Source: Longimicrobiales bacterium | GTDB lineage: Bacteria > Gemmatimonadota > Gemmatimonadetes > Longimicrobiales > Gaopeijiaceae | Reading direction: 5' to 3' | Assembly: GCA_965116905.1 (NCBI GenBank) | Contig: OZ220732.1 | Coordinates: 3,616,001-3,680,000 of the forward strand | Length of the DNA stretch: 64,000 bases | Part shown: piece after piece, positions 10,258-20,443 of the stretch | Numbering within the stretch: the first letter of the stretch is position 1 | Layout: every line of letters starts with the position of its first letter | Program-made: the position numbers and the translations under genes | The notes under the pieces: generated by a model | Told to the model about the DNA's origin: nothing | What the model saw: only the letters and a program-made list of their open reading frames with translations | Database searches by the model: none

Positions 10258-11129
10258 GACAACAGGCTGCCGACGAAGTCTTCCGGCTCGAAGGGTACAA
10301 GGTCATCAAGGGACTCTCCCACGCCCACGAGTCGGACCGGAATCCCCAGTTCGTCGCGAAGCGCCACGACGATGCCTCCCTGCGCCGTCGAGTCCATCTT
10401 GGCAAGCACGATACCGGTGACGCCGACCCGGCGCGAAAACTCCCGGGCCTGGACCAGTCCGTTCTGGCCAACCGTCGCGTCCAGGACCAGGAGGGTGTCG
10501 TGCGGAGCACCTGCGTGACGTTTGCGGATCACACGCTCCACCTTCGCCAGCTCGCTCATCAGGCCCCGGTGGGTATGGAGGCGGCCCGCCGTGTCCACGA
10601 GCACCACGTCCGTGCCACGGGCGAAGGCCGCCTCGAGCGCATCGAAGGCGACCGCTGCCGGATCTCCACCCGGCTGCCCGCCCACGAAGTCGGCACCCGC
10701 CCGCTCCGCCCAGCGCGCAAGTTGCGGGATCGCGCCCGCCCGGAAGGTGTCAGTCGCGGCGACGACCACACTCCGCCCCTCCGAGACGAAGCGATGCGCC
10801 AGTTTGCCCACCGTCGTGGTCTTGCCCACGCCGTTTACGCCCACGACCAGGTACACCGTCGGAGGTTCGGCGGCCAACACCGGAAACTCGCCCCCGTCTC
10901 CATCGAAGACGGCACGGAGCTGGTCGGCCAGGACGGCCCGGAGCCCTTCCTCGTCCCTCACCCTGCCCTTGCGCGCTTCCCTGTCCACGGCGGCGACGAA
11001 GCGCATGCTGGCCTCCACCCCGAAGTCGGCCATGATCAGCCGCTCTTCCAGGTCCTCGAGGGCCGCGGCGTCCACTCTGCGAAACGACGCGGGAATCGCC
11101 CGCGCGAGCGTGCGCCTCCAAATGCTCAT
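10254..11129 (-). CDS. ftsY: Signal recognition particle receptor FtsY (short form)
   Basis: GVNGVGKTTT, DTFRAGA, DTAGR, DATVGQNG and KMDSTAQGG; ATG at 11129. Confidence 0.95.
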   Translation of the reverse strand: MSIWRRTLARAIPASFRRVDAAALEDLEERLIMADFGVEASMRFVAAVDREARKGRVRDEEGLRAVLADQLRAVFDGDGGEFPVLAAEPPTVYLVVGVNGVGKTTTVGKLAHRFVSEGRSVVVAATDTFRAGAIPQLARWAERAGADFVGGQPGGDPAAVAFDALEAAFARGTDVVLVDTAGRLHTHRGLMSELAKVERVIRKRHAGAPHDTLLVLDATVGQNGLVQAREFSRRVGVTGIVLAKMDSTAQGGIVVALRDELGIPVRLVGVGESLDDLVPFEPEDFVGSLLS

Positions 11130-11131
11130 CC

Positions 11132-13048
11132 CTATCGCAAGCCTGCTCGACGCCGTCCGATCCACTCCGCGCAAAGGAAGCCGAGAACCAGCAGATAGGG
11201 CCACGGCCACGTCCGTAACGGCCGGCCACTCGTGGCCGACGGTCCGCGCTGACCCGCGAGCACGGTCAATTCGGCCGGATCCAGGGCGCGGTGCAGCATC
11301 TCCTCGGTGAAGGGCTCCACGTCGAAGATGCCGTCGGCGGTGTCGGAGGCGGCCACGGCGTATCGGTACCGTCCCGGGGGGAGGGGCGGCGTTGTGAACA
11401 GCGCACCGGGCGGAACGACCGTGACCGTGTCGAGCCTTGTCGTTCCGGCCGAATCCGTGACGCTCAGCGAGATCTCTTCCCCTTCGTACCCCCTGCCGCG
11501 CCAGCGAACCGGGGTGCCCAGGCCACCCACGGCTACGGCCGGGCGAACACCGGGACCGCCAGCAACGGGTTCCTCGGACAGGATCCACCCGCCCACGGCG
11601 GCCCACAGGCGCCGATAGTGTTCACGCGGCTCTCCGTCCCGGAACGCCCAGCGCCAGAAGCCGCGGGCCAGCACGGCGGCCACGCGCCGGCGACCTTCGT
11701 CGCGCAGTACGAGCGCCGCCTCCGGCTCTCCGGCACCCCCGAGACGAACGCTCAGCGCGTCCCCGCCGCCATCGTCCACCAACGGGAGGACGGCGCTCAG
11801 CGGAGGCAGATCGACAAGGCGGCCGGTCTCGCCGGCGATCGGCGACGGAGGCGCCTCGTGCAGATACCACTCCCCGGGCAACGGCGCGCCCGCGGCCACG
11901 CCCGCCAGCGCGGCCCCCGCACCGTCCACCGGGAAGACGATCATGCCCCGGGTACGGGCCGTGGCCCGCTCGAGGAACTGGAGAGACGCGCCGTCCACCC
12001 CCATGGCCACCACCATCTCGGCGCGCCGCAGCATCCGTTCCAGCGTCTCCTGGTCGACCGCGTCGACAACACCCGCCCCCATCATGGGCTGGAAACGCCC
12101 GGGCCCGGCGCGCAGGTATCCCCGCACCGGCAGTCCCGTAACCTGGTCCAGCACGCTGAGCAGGAATCGCGGCTCCCAGTCCGGTGCGAGCGAGACCAGC
12201 AGCACCCCGGTCTCCTCCGGGTCCACCTCCACGACCGCGGTGCGCGCGTCGTCCAGCGGGAACGCGTCCTCCGTCTCGAGGCGCGCCGTCACCCGGTGCG
12301 ACCCCGCTGCGAGCACTCCCAGCGTGAATTCCGCGGTGCTGAACCCGCCCTGCTCCGGAGCGGCCAGCCGGAGCGCGTGTCTCACGCTGCCGTCGACCGA
12401 AACCGTGACGGTGACGGAGTCCTCCGGTGACGTGCCCTGCACGTCCACCCTGCCCCGGATCTCCCCGCCGCTCTCCGCCGTGGGCGGTACCACGAGACGG
12501 GCCAGCCCCAGGTTGGCAGCGGGCGGGCGCAGGCTGTCGACGGACACCCCGACACCGAGCTGTCTCGCGATCCGCGTAATCGCGACCGGGTCGCTGACCC
12601 GCCGGTCGGTGATGAGCGTGACCTCTCGCGCCCCCGCTTCGGCGGCAACCTCGACCGCTTCGCCGAGGACGGACCGAACGGCCGTCGGCGAGACCGCGGC
12701 CAGCGAGTCGGGATCGATCGCCGCTACGGATGCACCTGCCGAGAGCAACCGCGCTCCGCCACCCGCCAGCTGTCGTGCACGTGCCACCGCCGAGTCCCAG
12801 AGCGGCACCCCGTCGGGCCCAACAGCCGTCATGGAGGCGCTCGCGTCGAGGACTACGAAGTGCTCCGGAGAGGCATCTGCGGGCGCCGTCGAAACGACCG
12901 GATTCCAGAGCAGCGCGGCCACGCCGGCGACCGCCCCGATCCGTGCCGCCACCAGCAGCGGGCGTGCGCGTACGCGGAATTCGCGCCGGTAGTAGATCCA
13001 ACCGCAAACGCCGCCCGCAACGAGCAGAAAAAGGAGCGCTGGTACCAT
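11132..13048 (-). CDS. Membrane protein with VWA-like and Ig/CARDB-like domains
   Basis: Two N-terminal TM segments, VVLDASASM (MIDAS-like) and a C-terminal TM followed by EWIGRRRAGL. Confidence 0.65.
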   Translation of the reverse strand: MVPALLFLLVAGGVCGWIYYRREFRVRARPLLVAARIGAVAGVAALLWNPVVSTAPADASPEHFVVLDASASMTAVGPDGVPLWDSAVARARQLAGGGARLLSAGASVAAIDPDSLAAVSPTAVRSVLGEAVEVAAEAGAREVTLITDRRVSDPVAITRIARQLGVGVSVDSLRPPAANLGLARLVVPPTAESGGEIRGRVDVQGTSPEDSVTVTVSVDGSVRHALRLAAPEQGGFSTAEFTLGVLAAGSHRVTARLETEDAFPLDDARTAVVEVDPEETGVLLVSLAPDWEPRFLLSVLDQVTGLPVRGYLRAGPGRFQPMMGAGVVDAVDQETLERMLRRAEMVVAMGVDGASLQFLERATARTRGMIVFPVDGAGAALAGVAAGAPLPGEWYLHEAPPSPIAGETGRLVDLPPLSAVLPLVDDGGGDALSVRLGGAGEPEAALVLRDEGRRRVAAVLARGFWRWAFRDGEPREHYRRLWAAVGGWILSEEPVAGGPGVRPAVAVGGLGTPVRWRGRGYEGEEISLSVTDSAGTTRLDTVTVVPPGALFTTPPLPPGRYRYAVAASDTADGIFDVEPFTEEMLHRALDPAELTVLAGQRGPSATSGRPLRTWPWPYLLVLGFLCAEWIGRRRAGLR

Positions 13049-13060
13049 GGTCGTAATGTA

Positions 13061-13147
13061 GGGGCCGCGGGTCTCGTAGGGGGCAGCGGGTCATGTCGGG
13101 GCAGCGGGTAACATCGGGGCCGCGGGTCATGTCGGGGGCAGCGGTCA
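13061..13147. repeat. Intergenic tandem repeat of about 18 bp, 5 units
   Basis: GGGGC(A/C)GCGG core at 13061, 13080, 13098, 13116 and 13135. Confidence 0.85.
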
Positions 13148-14455
13148 GCCGTCCGGGTCCACCACCCTCGTTTCCGTACGCCGCTCTCGGAATGTCTCGG
13201 GACCGGGAAGGCCGAGCAACAGCCGCAGGCGTTCGTCGCGCTCGCGCTGCCAGCGCTCCACATCCGCCGCGGGGACCGGATCCTCTGCGGGCAGGTCGAT
13301 CGCGATGGGATCGATCGGCCGGCCACCCACGTGCATTTCGTAGTGGAGGTGGGGCCCCGTCGCCAGCCCGGTCATGCCCACGTATCCGATCACCTCGCCC
13401 TGGGTCACCCGCGAACCGACGGCCAGCCCGCGCGCCCACCCGCTGAGGTGTGCGTAGCGTGTCAGAAAGCCGTTCGGATGCCGCACGTCGATGACCCGGC
13501 CGTAGGCGTCCGCCCACCCCCGGCGAACGACGACGCCACTGCCGGTAACCTGCACCGGCGTGCCGGAGTTCGCTGCGTAGTCCACGCCGCGATGGGCTCG
13601 CCAGCGCCGCAGAATCGGGTGAAACCGGCTGTTGGTGAAGCCGGAGGAGATACGGCTCAGCTCGATCGGCTTCATGAGAAACGCGCGGCGGACCGACTGC
13701 CCTTCAAGGTCGAACCAGCTCGCCGGCTCGTCGCGCGGCTCGAACCGGATCGCGTAGTAGGACCGCCCGGCGTTCACGAGCTCGGCCGCGAGAAGCTGTC
13801 CGGAACGCATGCTCCCGTCCGGCCGCTTCTCCCGCTCGAGGACAAACCGGTAGGTGTCGCCCTCCCGGATCTGTCGGCTGAAGTCGATCTGCCACTGAAA
13901 GACCCGGTCCAGCCGCCCGACCATCTGGCGCCGGTCCGCGGCCGGCACGCCACCCAGCCCCTCGTTGTCGAGAATGGCGATCCAGAGGCTCGACTGGATC
14001 TCGCCCGCGACGAAGACGGTGTCGGTCGTGGTCACCAGTTCGATGATCGAGGAGGTCCATCCACTCCGCGCACGCTCGAGACGGACCATGCGGTCCCTGT
14101 CGAGATCGACCTCGATCCGATGCGGGTCCTCGCCCCATCGGCGACGGACGATCCGGACCTCGCTGCCGGACCGCATCCGCCGTGGATTCGCCTGCTCCCT
14201 GAAGGCCAGGAGAAGATTGTTGCGATCGGCCCCGCGCAGCTCCGCGTCTTCCAGGAGCTGTCCAAGGGTCACGCCAGCGGACATGGAGCGCACGTCCACA
14301 ACCTCGGGCACGCTCGCATAGACGCCGGGCACGGCAACCGCTTCAGGCACGCGGTCCCGGTTCCACGACGCGAATCCGACGGCCAGGGCCGCTGCCGCCA
14401 CCGGCAGAGCGGTGCCCCAAAGGCGCTTCGCGGCTTTATCGAGCTTCGGAATCAG
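13145..14455 (-). CDS. M23 family peptidoglycan endopeptidase (MepM-like)
   Basis: HRGVDYAA, YAHLS and TGPHLHYE. The track start is GTG 14401, but the frame is open to CTG 14455, which has a GGAGG SD. Confidence 0.9.
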   Translation of the reverse strand: MIPKLDKAAKRLWGTALPVAAAALAVGFASWNRDRVPEAVAVPGVYASVPEVVDVRSMSAGVTLGQLLEDAELRGADRNNLLLAFREQANPRRMRSGSEVRIVRRRWGEDPHRIEVDLDRDRMVRLERARSGWTSSIIELVTTTDTVFVAGEIQSSLWIAILDNEGLGGVPAADRRQMVGRLDRVFQWQIDFSRQIREGDTYRFVLEREKRPDGSMRSGQLLAAELVNAGRSYYAIRFEPRDEPASWFDLEGQSVRRAFLMKPIELSRISSGFTNSRFHPILRRWRAHRGVDYAANSGTPVQVTGSGVVVRRGWADAYGRVIDVRHPNGFLTRYAHLSGWARGLAVGSRVTQGEVIGYVGMTGLATGPHLHYEMHVGGRPIDPIAIDLPAEDPVPAADVERWQRERDERLRLLLGLPGPETFRERRTETRVVDPDG

Positions 14456-15747
14456 GCGTAGTTCCTCCGGATGAAGGTCGGCAGCTCCAGCTCCCTGCGG
14501 ATCAGCGTGCCACGCGTGCCACCCAGACCGCCGTCCGCAGCCGGACGCGGTGACATGGGTGCCATTGTACTACGAGACCCGAGGGAATGCAGGTTCGTTG
14601 TCTCCGCGGTGTCATGGTACATGGCGCCGCCGTGGGCCTGCGGGCCCGCGCCGACCGCCTCCCTGCGGAAAACGGCGGGGGCGTCGGCACCGCCACCCAC
14701 GGCTGCCCGCCTGTGCTCGGTCGCGCGGTTCACCTGGGACGCCCCGAACCGCGGGCGCAACACCTGGCTCTCCTGCCGCCGTTCTCCACCCTCCTTGAAC
14801 CCGGTGGCGATCAGCGTGACCCTCACCTCGCCCTCCATGCTCGCATCCTGGACGTTGCCGAAGATGATCTCGGCGTCCTCGCCGACCTCCTCCTGGATCA
14901 TCATCGAGATGCCCGTGACCTCGTCGATGGTCAGGTCGGAACCGCCGGTGATGTTGATCAGCACGCCCTGGGCTCCACGAATCGAGATGTTGTCCAGGAG
15001 CGGGGAAGTGATGGCGTCCCGGGCCGCACTGACGGCGCGGTTCTCGCCCCGGCCGACCCCCGTGCCCATGAGCGCCGCGCCGCACGACGCCATGATCGTG
15101 CGCACATCGGCGAAGTCGACGTTGACCTCGCCGCTCACCCGGATCAGGTCGCTGATCCCCTGGGTCGCCTGCAGCAACACTTCGTCCGCCTTCTTCAGCG
15201 CGTCCTTGAACGAAGTACCCTTGCCGACAACCGAGAGGAGGTGGTCGTTGGGGACCACGATCATCGTGTCGACCGTGCGCTTGAGCTCCGCCAGCCCCTG
15301 CTCGGCCTGGCGCAGCCGCTTCTTGCCCTCGAATGCAAACGGCCGTGTCACCACGGCGATCGCCAGCGCGCCCATTTCCCTCGCCATCTCGCCGATGACC
15401 GGAGCCGCGCCCGTGCCCGTCCCGCCGCCCATGCCGGCGGCAATGAACACCAGGTCGGCCCCTTCGAGCAGCTCACGGACCTCGTCCGCATCCTCCGCGA
15501 TCGCCTGGCGGCCGATTCCCGGCCTGGCACCCGCACCCAGACCCTGGGTCAGACGCTTGCCCAGCTGGATCACATGCGGCGCCTTGGAGCGGCTCAGGGC
15601 CTGAGCGTCGGTGTTGGCCGAGATGAACTCGACCCCCTCAAGGTCCTCGTCGATCATGCGGTTGACGGCATTGCCGCCGGCCCCTCCCACACCGATCACC
15701 CTCATCAGGGCCCGGTTCTTCGGGGCATCGTCGAGTTCGAAAATCAT
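14452..15747 (-). CDS. ftsZ: Cell division protein FtsZ
   Basis: VIGVGGAGGNAVN, GMGGGTGTG, NVDFADV and C-terminal LELPTFIRR; AGGAG SD before ATG 15747. Confidence 0.98.
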   Translation of the reverse strand: MIFELDDAPKNRALMRVIGVGGAGGNAVNRMIDEDLEGVEFISANTDAQALSRSKAPHVIQLGKRLTQGLGAGARPGIGRQAIAEDADEVRELLEGADLVFIAAGMGGGTGTGAAPVIGEMAREMGALAIAVVTRPFAFEGKKRLRQAEQGLAELKRTVDTMIVVPNDHLLSVVGKGTSFKDALKKADEVLLQATQGISDLIRVSGEVNVDFADVRTIMASCGAALMGTGVGRGENRAVSAARDAITSPLLDNISIRGAQGVLINITGGSDLTIDEVTGISMMIQEEVGEDAEIIFGNVQDASMEGEVRVTLIATGFKEGGERRQESQVLRPRFGASQVNRATEHRRAAVGGGADAPAVFRREAVGAGPQAHGGAMYHDTAETTNLHSLGSRSTMAPMSPRPAADGGLGGTRGTLIRRELELPTFIRRNYA

Positions 15748-15799
15748 CGTCTCATCTCCTTTCCTGGGATCACTGATCCCGTGGTCTTGACAGTCCGCA

Positions 15800-17026
15800 C
15801 TAGAAGAATTCCTTGAGCCAGGCGCCCATGCGCGTGACCATGCCCGAGGCCACGGTGGAAGCGCCCTCACCGGTATCCATGAAGTAGTCGGCGCCGTGCA
15901 GCGCGAGCCCGGTAGCGGTCGAGAACCCGGGCGCGCTCACGACGTCGAGCAGTCCGGAAAGGCCCTCGCGCGGGACGCCGGCCCGCACGGGCGTGGCGAG
16001 GCACTTCCGGGCCAGCTCGACAATCCCCGGGGTCTGCGCCACCCCGCCGGTAATCACGACGCCCGCAGCCAGCGAGTCGGCGCCGAAGGTGCCGTTCAAC
16101 CTGCGGCTGATCCGCAGGAACATGCTCTGGAGACGCTCCTCCATGAGGCTGGCCACAAACCTGCGCGCGACCTTGCGGCTGTGACCGTTCGCTCCCGGCA
16201 GCTCCACGAACTCCGTCGGATCCACCATGCGTGCGTGCGCGGCGCCGTGGTGCTCCTTGACCCGACTCGCTTCGGCGAAGGGAATCGAGAGACCGCGTAT
16301 CAGATCGCTGGTGACCATGGAGCCCCCCAGTGGCAGCACCTCCAGATCACAGAGCCTTCCCTCCTGGTAGACGGACAACCCGGTCGTGGCCGACCCCATG
16401 TCGACCATCGCGACGCCGAGCTCCTTCTCGTCCTCGGGCACCACGGCGCGGGCCGCGGCCAGAGGCTCGACGATCGCGTCCTGCACCCGGTAGCCCGCCT
16501 TCTCCACCGCGCGCACGAGATTCCCCAGCGCCGTGGCGCATCCGGTCACCAGGAAGAGATCGGTCTCCAGCCGCGTCCCCGGCATTCCCACGGGATCCTT
16601 GATCCCACGCTGGTGGTCGACCTGGTAGTCCTGCGGTATGGCGTGCATGAGTTCGCGATCACGGGGCAGCGGCACGGCCTGAGCCACCTCGTGTACGCGG
16701 TCCACGTCCCTGGGCACGATTTCGCTTGCCGCAACGGCCACGACGCCGACGGAGCGATTCACGTTCACGTGTTCACCCGAGACACCGAGGTACACACGGT
16801 CCACCCGCATCCCCGCCATCAGTTCGGCTTCCTGGACGGCAATCCGAATGCTGTTCGTGGCGCCTTCCAGATCCGTGATCACATCCTTGCGCACCCCTAC
16901 CGTGGGCGTGCGGCCCACCCCGACGATGCGCAGTTCGGGACGGCTGAAGTCCTGCACCAGCCGCCCGATCACCGCACGGGTGGTCGTCGAACCGACGTCG
17001 AGCCCGGCAACCAGTACCGATCTCAT
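15800..17026 (-). CDS. ftsA: Cell division protein FtsA
   Basis: GLDVGS, EDEKELGVAMVDMG, GVVITGG and C-terminal amphipathic WLKEFF. Confidence 0.96.
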   Translation of the reverse strand: MRSVLVAGLDVGSTTTRAVIGRLVQDFSRPELRIVGVGRTPTVGVRKDVITDLEGATNSIRIAVQEAELMAGMRVDRVYLGVSGEHVNVNRSVGVVAVAASEIVPRDVDRVHEVAQAVPLPRDRELMHAIPQDYQVDHQRGIKDPVGMPGTRLETDLFLVTGCATALGNLVRAVEKAGYRVQDAIVEPLAAARAVVPEDEKELGVAMVDMGSATTGLSVYQEGRLCDLEVLPLGGSMVTSDLIRGLSIPFAEASRVKEHHGAAHARMVDPTEFVELPGANGHSRKVARRFVASLMEERLQSMFLRISRRLNGTFGADSLAAGVVITGGVAQTPGIVELARKCLATPVRAGVPREGLSGLLDVVSAPGFSTATGLALHGADYFMDTGEGASTVASGMVTRMGAWLKEFF

Positions 17027-17838
17027 TGCCGCCCACCTCCCCCCGCTTCCGCGGCGGCCACGGTCCGGACCACCACCTGTTCGTCGAAGCGCAGGTCCAC
17101 CTCCCTGGGAGACTGCTCCGGGAACCTCCTGTCCGCGTCGTTGAGAGCGACCATGGCAGCCCGCAGCCGCGCTTCCGAGAACGGGGGCCGATAGCGCACC
17201 CTCACACCCGATTCACCCAGCAGCAGCGTCACCTCGCGGTCGCTGCCGCGAGCCTCCGAGAGGACCGCGAAGAACTCGGGGGTCTGCTCGGCCATCCGGG
17301 ACACCTCGCGGGCCAGGGTGCGCAACCCGTTGGCGTCGGAGGCGTCCGGCCCGACGAGGCGCAACAGCGGCAGGTCCAGATGGGCGCTGCGCGCATCGAA
17401 CGGCATGCGGTTCCCGGCGCGATCGACAGGCACCACCAGCGGCTGGGCGACCAGGGCCACGGGCCCGGTCTCTTCGACCGCGAGCCGCAGCGTGGACGGC
17501 AGTTCGCGCTCGACCGTCGCCGATGCGACAAGGGCGAGCCCCTCGATGCGCTCCTCGAGCCGCGACCGCTTCTCCCAGACGCTGGTCCCGGCGTCGATCC
17601 CGGCAGCACCCAGGATCTCGGCGCGGGTCAGGTAGCTGGCGCCCGTGATCTCGACGCTTGCAACGCGGAAAACGGGCAGCCGCGCGGCGAGGTCGAGCCC
17701 GGCCAGCACCAGAGCGGCCGCAACACCGACGATCCCGAGCAGGAGGGCCGTGCGGATCGCGATTCTGCTCGCCGTCGCGCGCCGCCTGCGCCACGCGCGC
17801 GTAGGAGACTCCATCGGCTGAATCAGCGGGCGGCTCAT
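17023..17838 (-). CDS. ftsQ: Cell division protein FtsQ/DivIB
   Basis: TM anchor, POTRA-like region and VDLRFDEQVVV; lies between murC and ftsA. Confidence 0.88.
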   Translation of the reverse strand: MSRPLIQPMESPTRAWRRRRATASRIAIRTALLLGIVGVAAALVLAGLDLAARLPVFRVASVEITGASYLTRAEILGAAGIDAGTSVWEKRSRLEERIEGLALVASATVERELPSTLRLAVEETGPVALVAQPLVVPVDRAGNRMPFDARSAHLDLPLLRLVGPDASDANGLRTLAREVSRMAEQTPEFFAVLSEARGSDREVTLLLGESGVRVRYRPPFSEARLRAAMVALNDADRRFPEQSPREVDLRFDEQVVVRTVAAAEAGGGGRQ

Positions 17839-19232
17839 CGGGGGGCCTCCCGGTCGCGCAGCAGGGCGAGAATCCGGGGGCCTTCGCCCTCGATCGAACC
17901 GGCACCCATCACCACGCACACGTCACCGCGCGAGAGTTCCCCGGCCACGGTGGCCGAGAGCGTGGCCAGCTCGCCGTGGTAGCGGGCGTCCGTCTCCGCG
18001 ACCGCGTGCGCGACCAGCTCGCCGGTCACGCCCGGCAGCGGCTGCTCGCGGGCCGGGTAGACATCCGTGACCCAGACGAGGTCCGCTGCGCCCAGGGCGG
18101 CGCCGAACTCGGCGTGGAAGTCGCGCGTGCGGGTGAATAGGTGAGGCTGGAAAACGGCCACGATGCGCCGTCCCGGGTTGGCCTGCCGCGCGGCGGCCAG
18201 CGTCGCCGAGATCTCCGTGGGGTGGTGCGCGTAGTCGTCGATCACCTGGACGCCACCGGCGGTTCCCAGCGTATCGTAACGCCGCCCGACGCCCGGAAAA
18301 CCGGCGAGCCCGGCCCGGATGTCGTCCCACGCCACGCCGAACGACCGCCCCACGCCCGCCGCGGCCAGCGCGTTGCGGACGTTGTGCACGCCGGGGACGG
18401 GCACGGTGACGTTCCCCGCGCTCACGCCGTCCTCGGTGACGTGGAAAACGCTCTCCACTCCGCTGTCCCGCACCAGGGTGCCTCGCAACGACACGCCGGC
18501 GCCGAGCCCGTAGCTGCGCGTACGGGCTCCGCCCTGCACGCCGATCCGCGCGGCGCCCGGGTCGTCGCCGCAGACCCACAGGGTACCCGCCGGGTCGAGG
18601 CGGTCGATGAAGTGGGAGAAGGACGTGCGGACTCCCGCGAGATCGCCGTAGATGTCGAGGTGGTCGGCCTCGAGGTTGGTCACCACGGCCACCCGGGGAT
18701 CGAGATCGAGGAACGAGCGGTCATACTCGTCCGCCTCCACCACGAAGATGTCGGAGCCGCCGGGCCTCAGGTTGCCTCCCCAGCCGCGGACCTCGCCGCC
18801 GACGACGCCGGTGGGATCGACGCCCGCGCGTTCCAGGACGTGTGTGGCCATGGCCGTGGTCGTGGTCTTGCCGTGCGTGCCGGCGATCCCCACGACGCGT
18901 CCCTCGTTCACCCATTGCCCGAGCGCGACCGAACGCTTGAGCACGGGAATCCCCCCGGCGCGGGCGGCACGGAGCTCGGGGTGATCGGCGGGCACAGCGG
19001 AAGTCACGACGACCGCGGCGGCGGACTCGACGTGCGCGGGATCGTGTCCGAGCTCGAAGCTCATCCCGAGACTGGACAACACCACCACCGGCCTCCCGCG
19101 CACCAGGTCGCAGCCGGTCACCGAGGCCCCGCTGCGGAGCACCATTTCGGCAAGAGGCGCCATGCCGGAGCCACACACGCCCATGAAGTGGATGGGACCG
19201 CGGGCGGCCAGGGAGCGCAGGCGGGGCGTCAT
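17835..19232 (-). CDS. murC: UDP-N-acetylmuramate--L-alanine ligase
   Basis: IHFMGVCGSGM, AGTHGKTTT, VEADEYD, DDYAHHPTE and FQPH. Confidence 0.96.
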   Translation of the reverse strand: MTPRLRSLAARGPIHFMGVCGSGMAPLAEMVLRSGASVTGCDLVRGRPVVVLSSLGMSFELGHDPAHVESAAAVVVTSAVPADHPELRAARAGGIPVLKRSVALGQWVNEGRVVGIAGTHGKTTTTAMATHVLERAGVDPTGVVGGEVRGWGGNLRPGGSDIFVVEADEYDRSFLDLDPRVAVVTNLEADHLDIYGDLAGVRTSFSHFIDRLDPAGTLWVCGDDPGAARIGVQGGARTRSYGLGAGVSLRGTLVRDSGVESVFHVTEDGVSAGNVTVPVPGVHNVRNALAAAGVGRSFGVAWDDIRAGLAGFPGVGRRYDTLGTAGGVQVIDDYAHHPTEISATLAAARQANPGRRIVAVFQPHLFTRTRDFHAEFGAALGAADLVWVTDVYPAREQPLPGVTGELVAHAVAETDARYHGELATLSATVAGELSRGDVCVVMGAGSIEGEGPRILALLRDREAPR

Positions 19233-20443
19233 CGTGGCGTCTCGCGGTTGGCGCGTGGCGTCTCGCGGTTGGCGCGCAACAGGTCCGCAATGGCGGCGGC
19301 AACCTCCCGTGCGGCCTCGGGCCGCGCACGGTCGGCAGCGGCGCGCGACATGGCGTCCAGCCTTCCCGGAGTATCGACGAGTTGCCGGACCTCGTTCCAG
19401 AGCCGCGCCCCGGTCAGTGAGTCGGCCTCGGGCAGGTGCACCGCCGCCCCGGCCGCGGCCAGCGCGCGCGCGTTTGCGGTCTGATGATCCCCCGCGGCCG
19501 TCGGCAGCGGGATCAGGATCGCCGGCAGTCCCCAGGCCAGAAACTCCGAGGTTGCCATCGCGCCCGCGCGGGAAACCACCAGATCGGCCGCCGCGAGCGC
19601 CTGGTACATCGCGTCCGGTTCAAGATAGGGCACCACCGCGAATCGATCGGAAGCCAGCCCGGCGAGCGCGGCCTCGGCCTCCGCATGGTGCGCCCGCCCG
19701 GTCACCCATAAGACGAATTCGCCATCGATCGGCAAATCGTCTTGCAAAACTTCGTTTGTTGCACGATTCATCTTGCGGGCGCCCTGGCTTCCACCGACGA
19801 TCAGCACCAGCGTGCCCGTTTCGGGCAGCCCCAGGGCCCGTCGCGCGGCAGCCCGGCCGCGGGCCTCCACGGGGGGCAGGGGCCGGATCGGGTTGCCGGT
19901 GCGAAACACCCTTCGTCTCGCGCGTCGCGGAAGGGCGGCGCCCGCTTCCGGGTACGCGAGGTGAATCTGGTTCGCCCAGCGGGACAGCAGCCGGGTCGTC
20001 TTCCCCGGGTGCATGTTCTGTTCCTGCACGATCACGGGTAGCCCGAGCAGGCGTCCCGCGATCCCCGCCGGGGCGCAGACGTAGCCGCCGGTGAGGACCA
20101 CCGCGGCCGCCTCGCGCCTCCGGAGATCGGGCAGCAGACGCAGTACGGCTCCGACGAGCAGCCACAGAGCCCTGAGGCTGTCCCCGGCCGCGGAAAGCGC
20201 TCGGCGGGCCCGGACCGGCAATGGCCCGGGCCGGCGCATCTCCCGCACGGGATTGCGGAGTCCCGCCACCGGGAGCAGGCGGTACGGATAGCCGAGCGAG
20301 GGAAGCTCCGCCGCCTCGATGCGCCCCACGGTCCCCACGAAGTAGGGCTCCACACCGGGCATGGCCGCGCACAGCGCCTCGGCGATGTTCCGGGCCGGGT
20401 GGAAGTGGCCCGCGGTGCCTCCGCCGGAGAAGACCACCATCAT
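19229..20443 (-). CDS. murG: Lipid II GlcNAc transferase MurG
   Basis: SGGGTAGH, GGYV, EQN, GNPIR, GGSQGA and HQTANA. Confidence 0.96.
   Translation of the reverse strand: MMVVFSGGGTAGHFHPARNIAEALCAAMPGVEPYFVGTVGRIEAAELPSLGYPYRLLPVAGLRNPVREMRRPGPLPVRARRALSAAGDSLRALWLLVGAVLRLLPDLRRREAAAVVLTGGYVCAPAGIAGRLLGLPVIVQEQNMHPGKTTRLLSRWANQIHLAYPEAGAALPRRARRRVFRTGNPIRPLPPVEARGRAAARRALGLPETGTLVLIVGGSQGARKMNRATNEVLQDDLPIDGEFVLWVTGRAHHAEAEAALAGLASDRFAVVPYLEPDAMYQALAAADLVVSRAGAMATSEFLAWGLPAILIPLPTAAGDHQTANARALAAAGAAVHLPEADSLTGARLWNEVRQLVDTPGRLDAMSRAAADRARPEAAREVAAAIADLLRANRETPRANRETPR
19233..19276 (-). repeat. 21-bp perfect tandem duplication at the murG 3' end (RANRETP x2)
   Basis: CGTGGCGTCTCGCGGTTGGCG at 19233 and 19254. 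Confidence 0.95.

Noticed and set aside
13061..13147. Repeat array as a possible mini-CRISPR
   Set aside because: The period is only about 18 bp, there are no unique spacers, and no cas genes are present.
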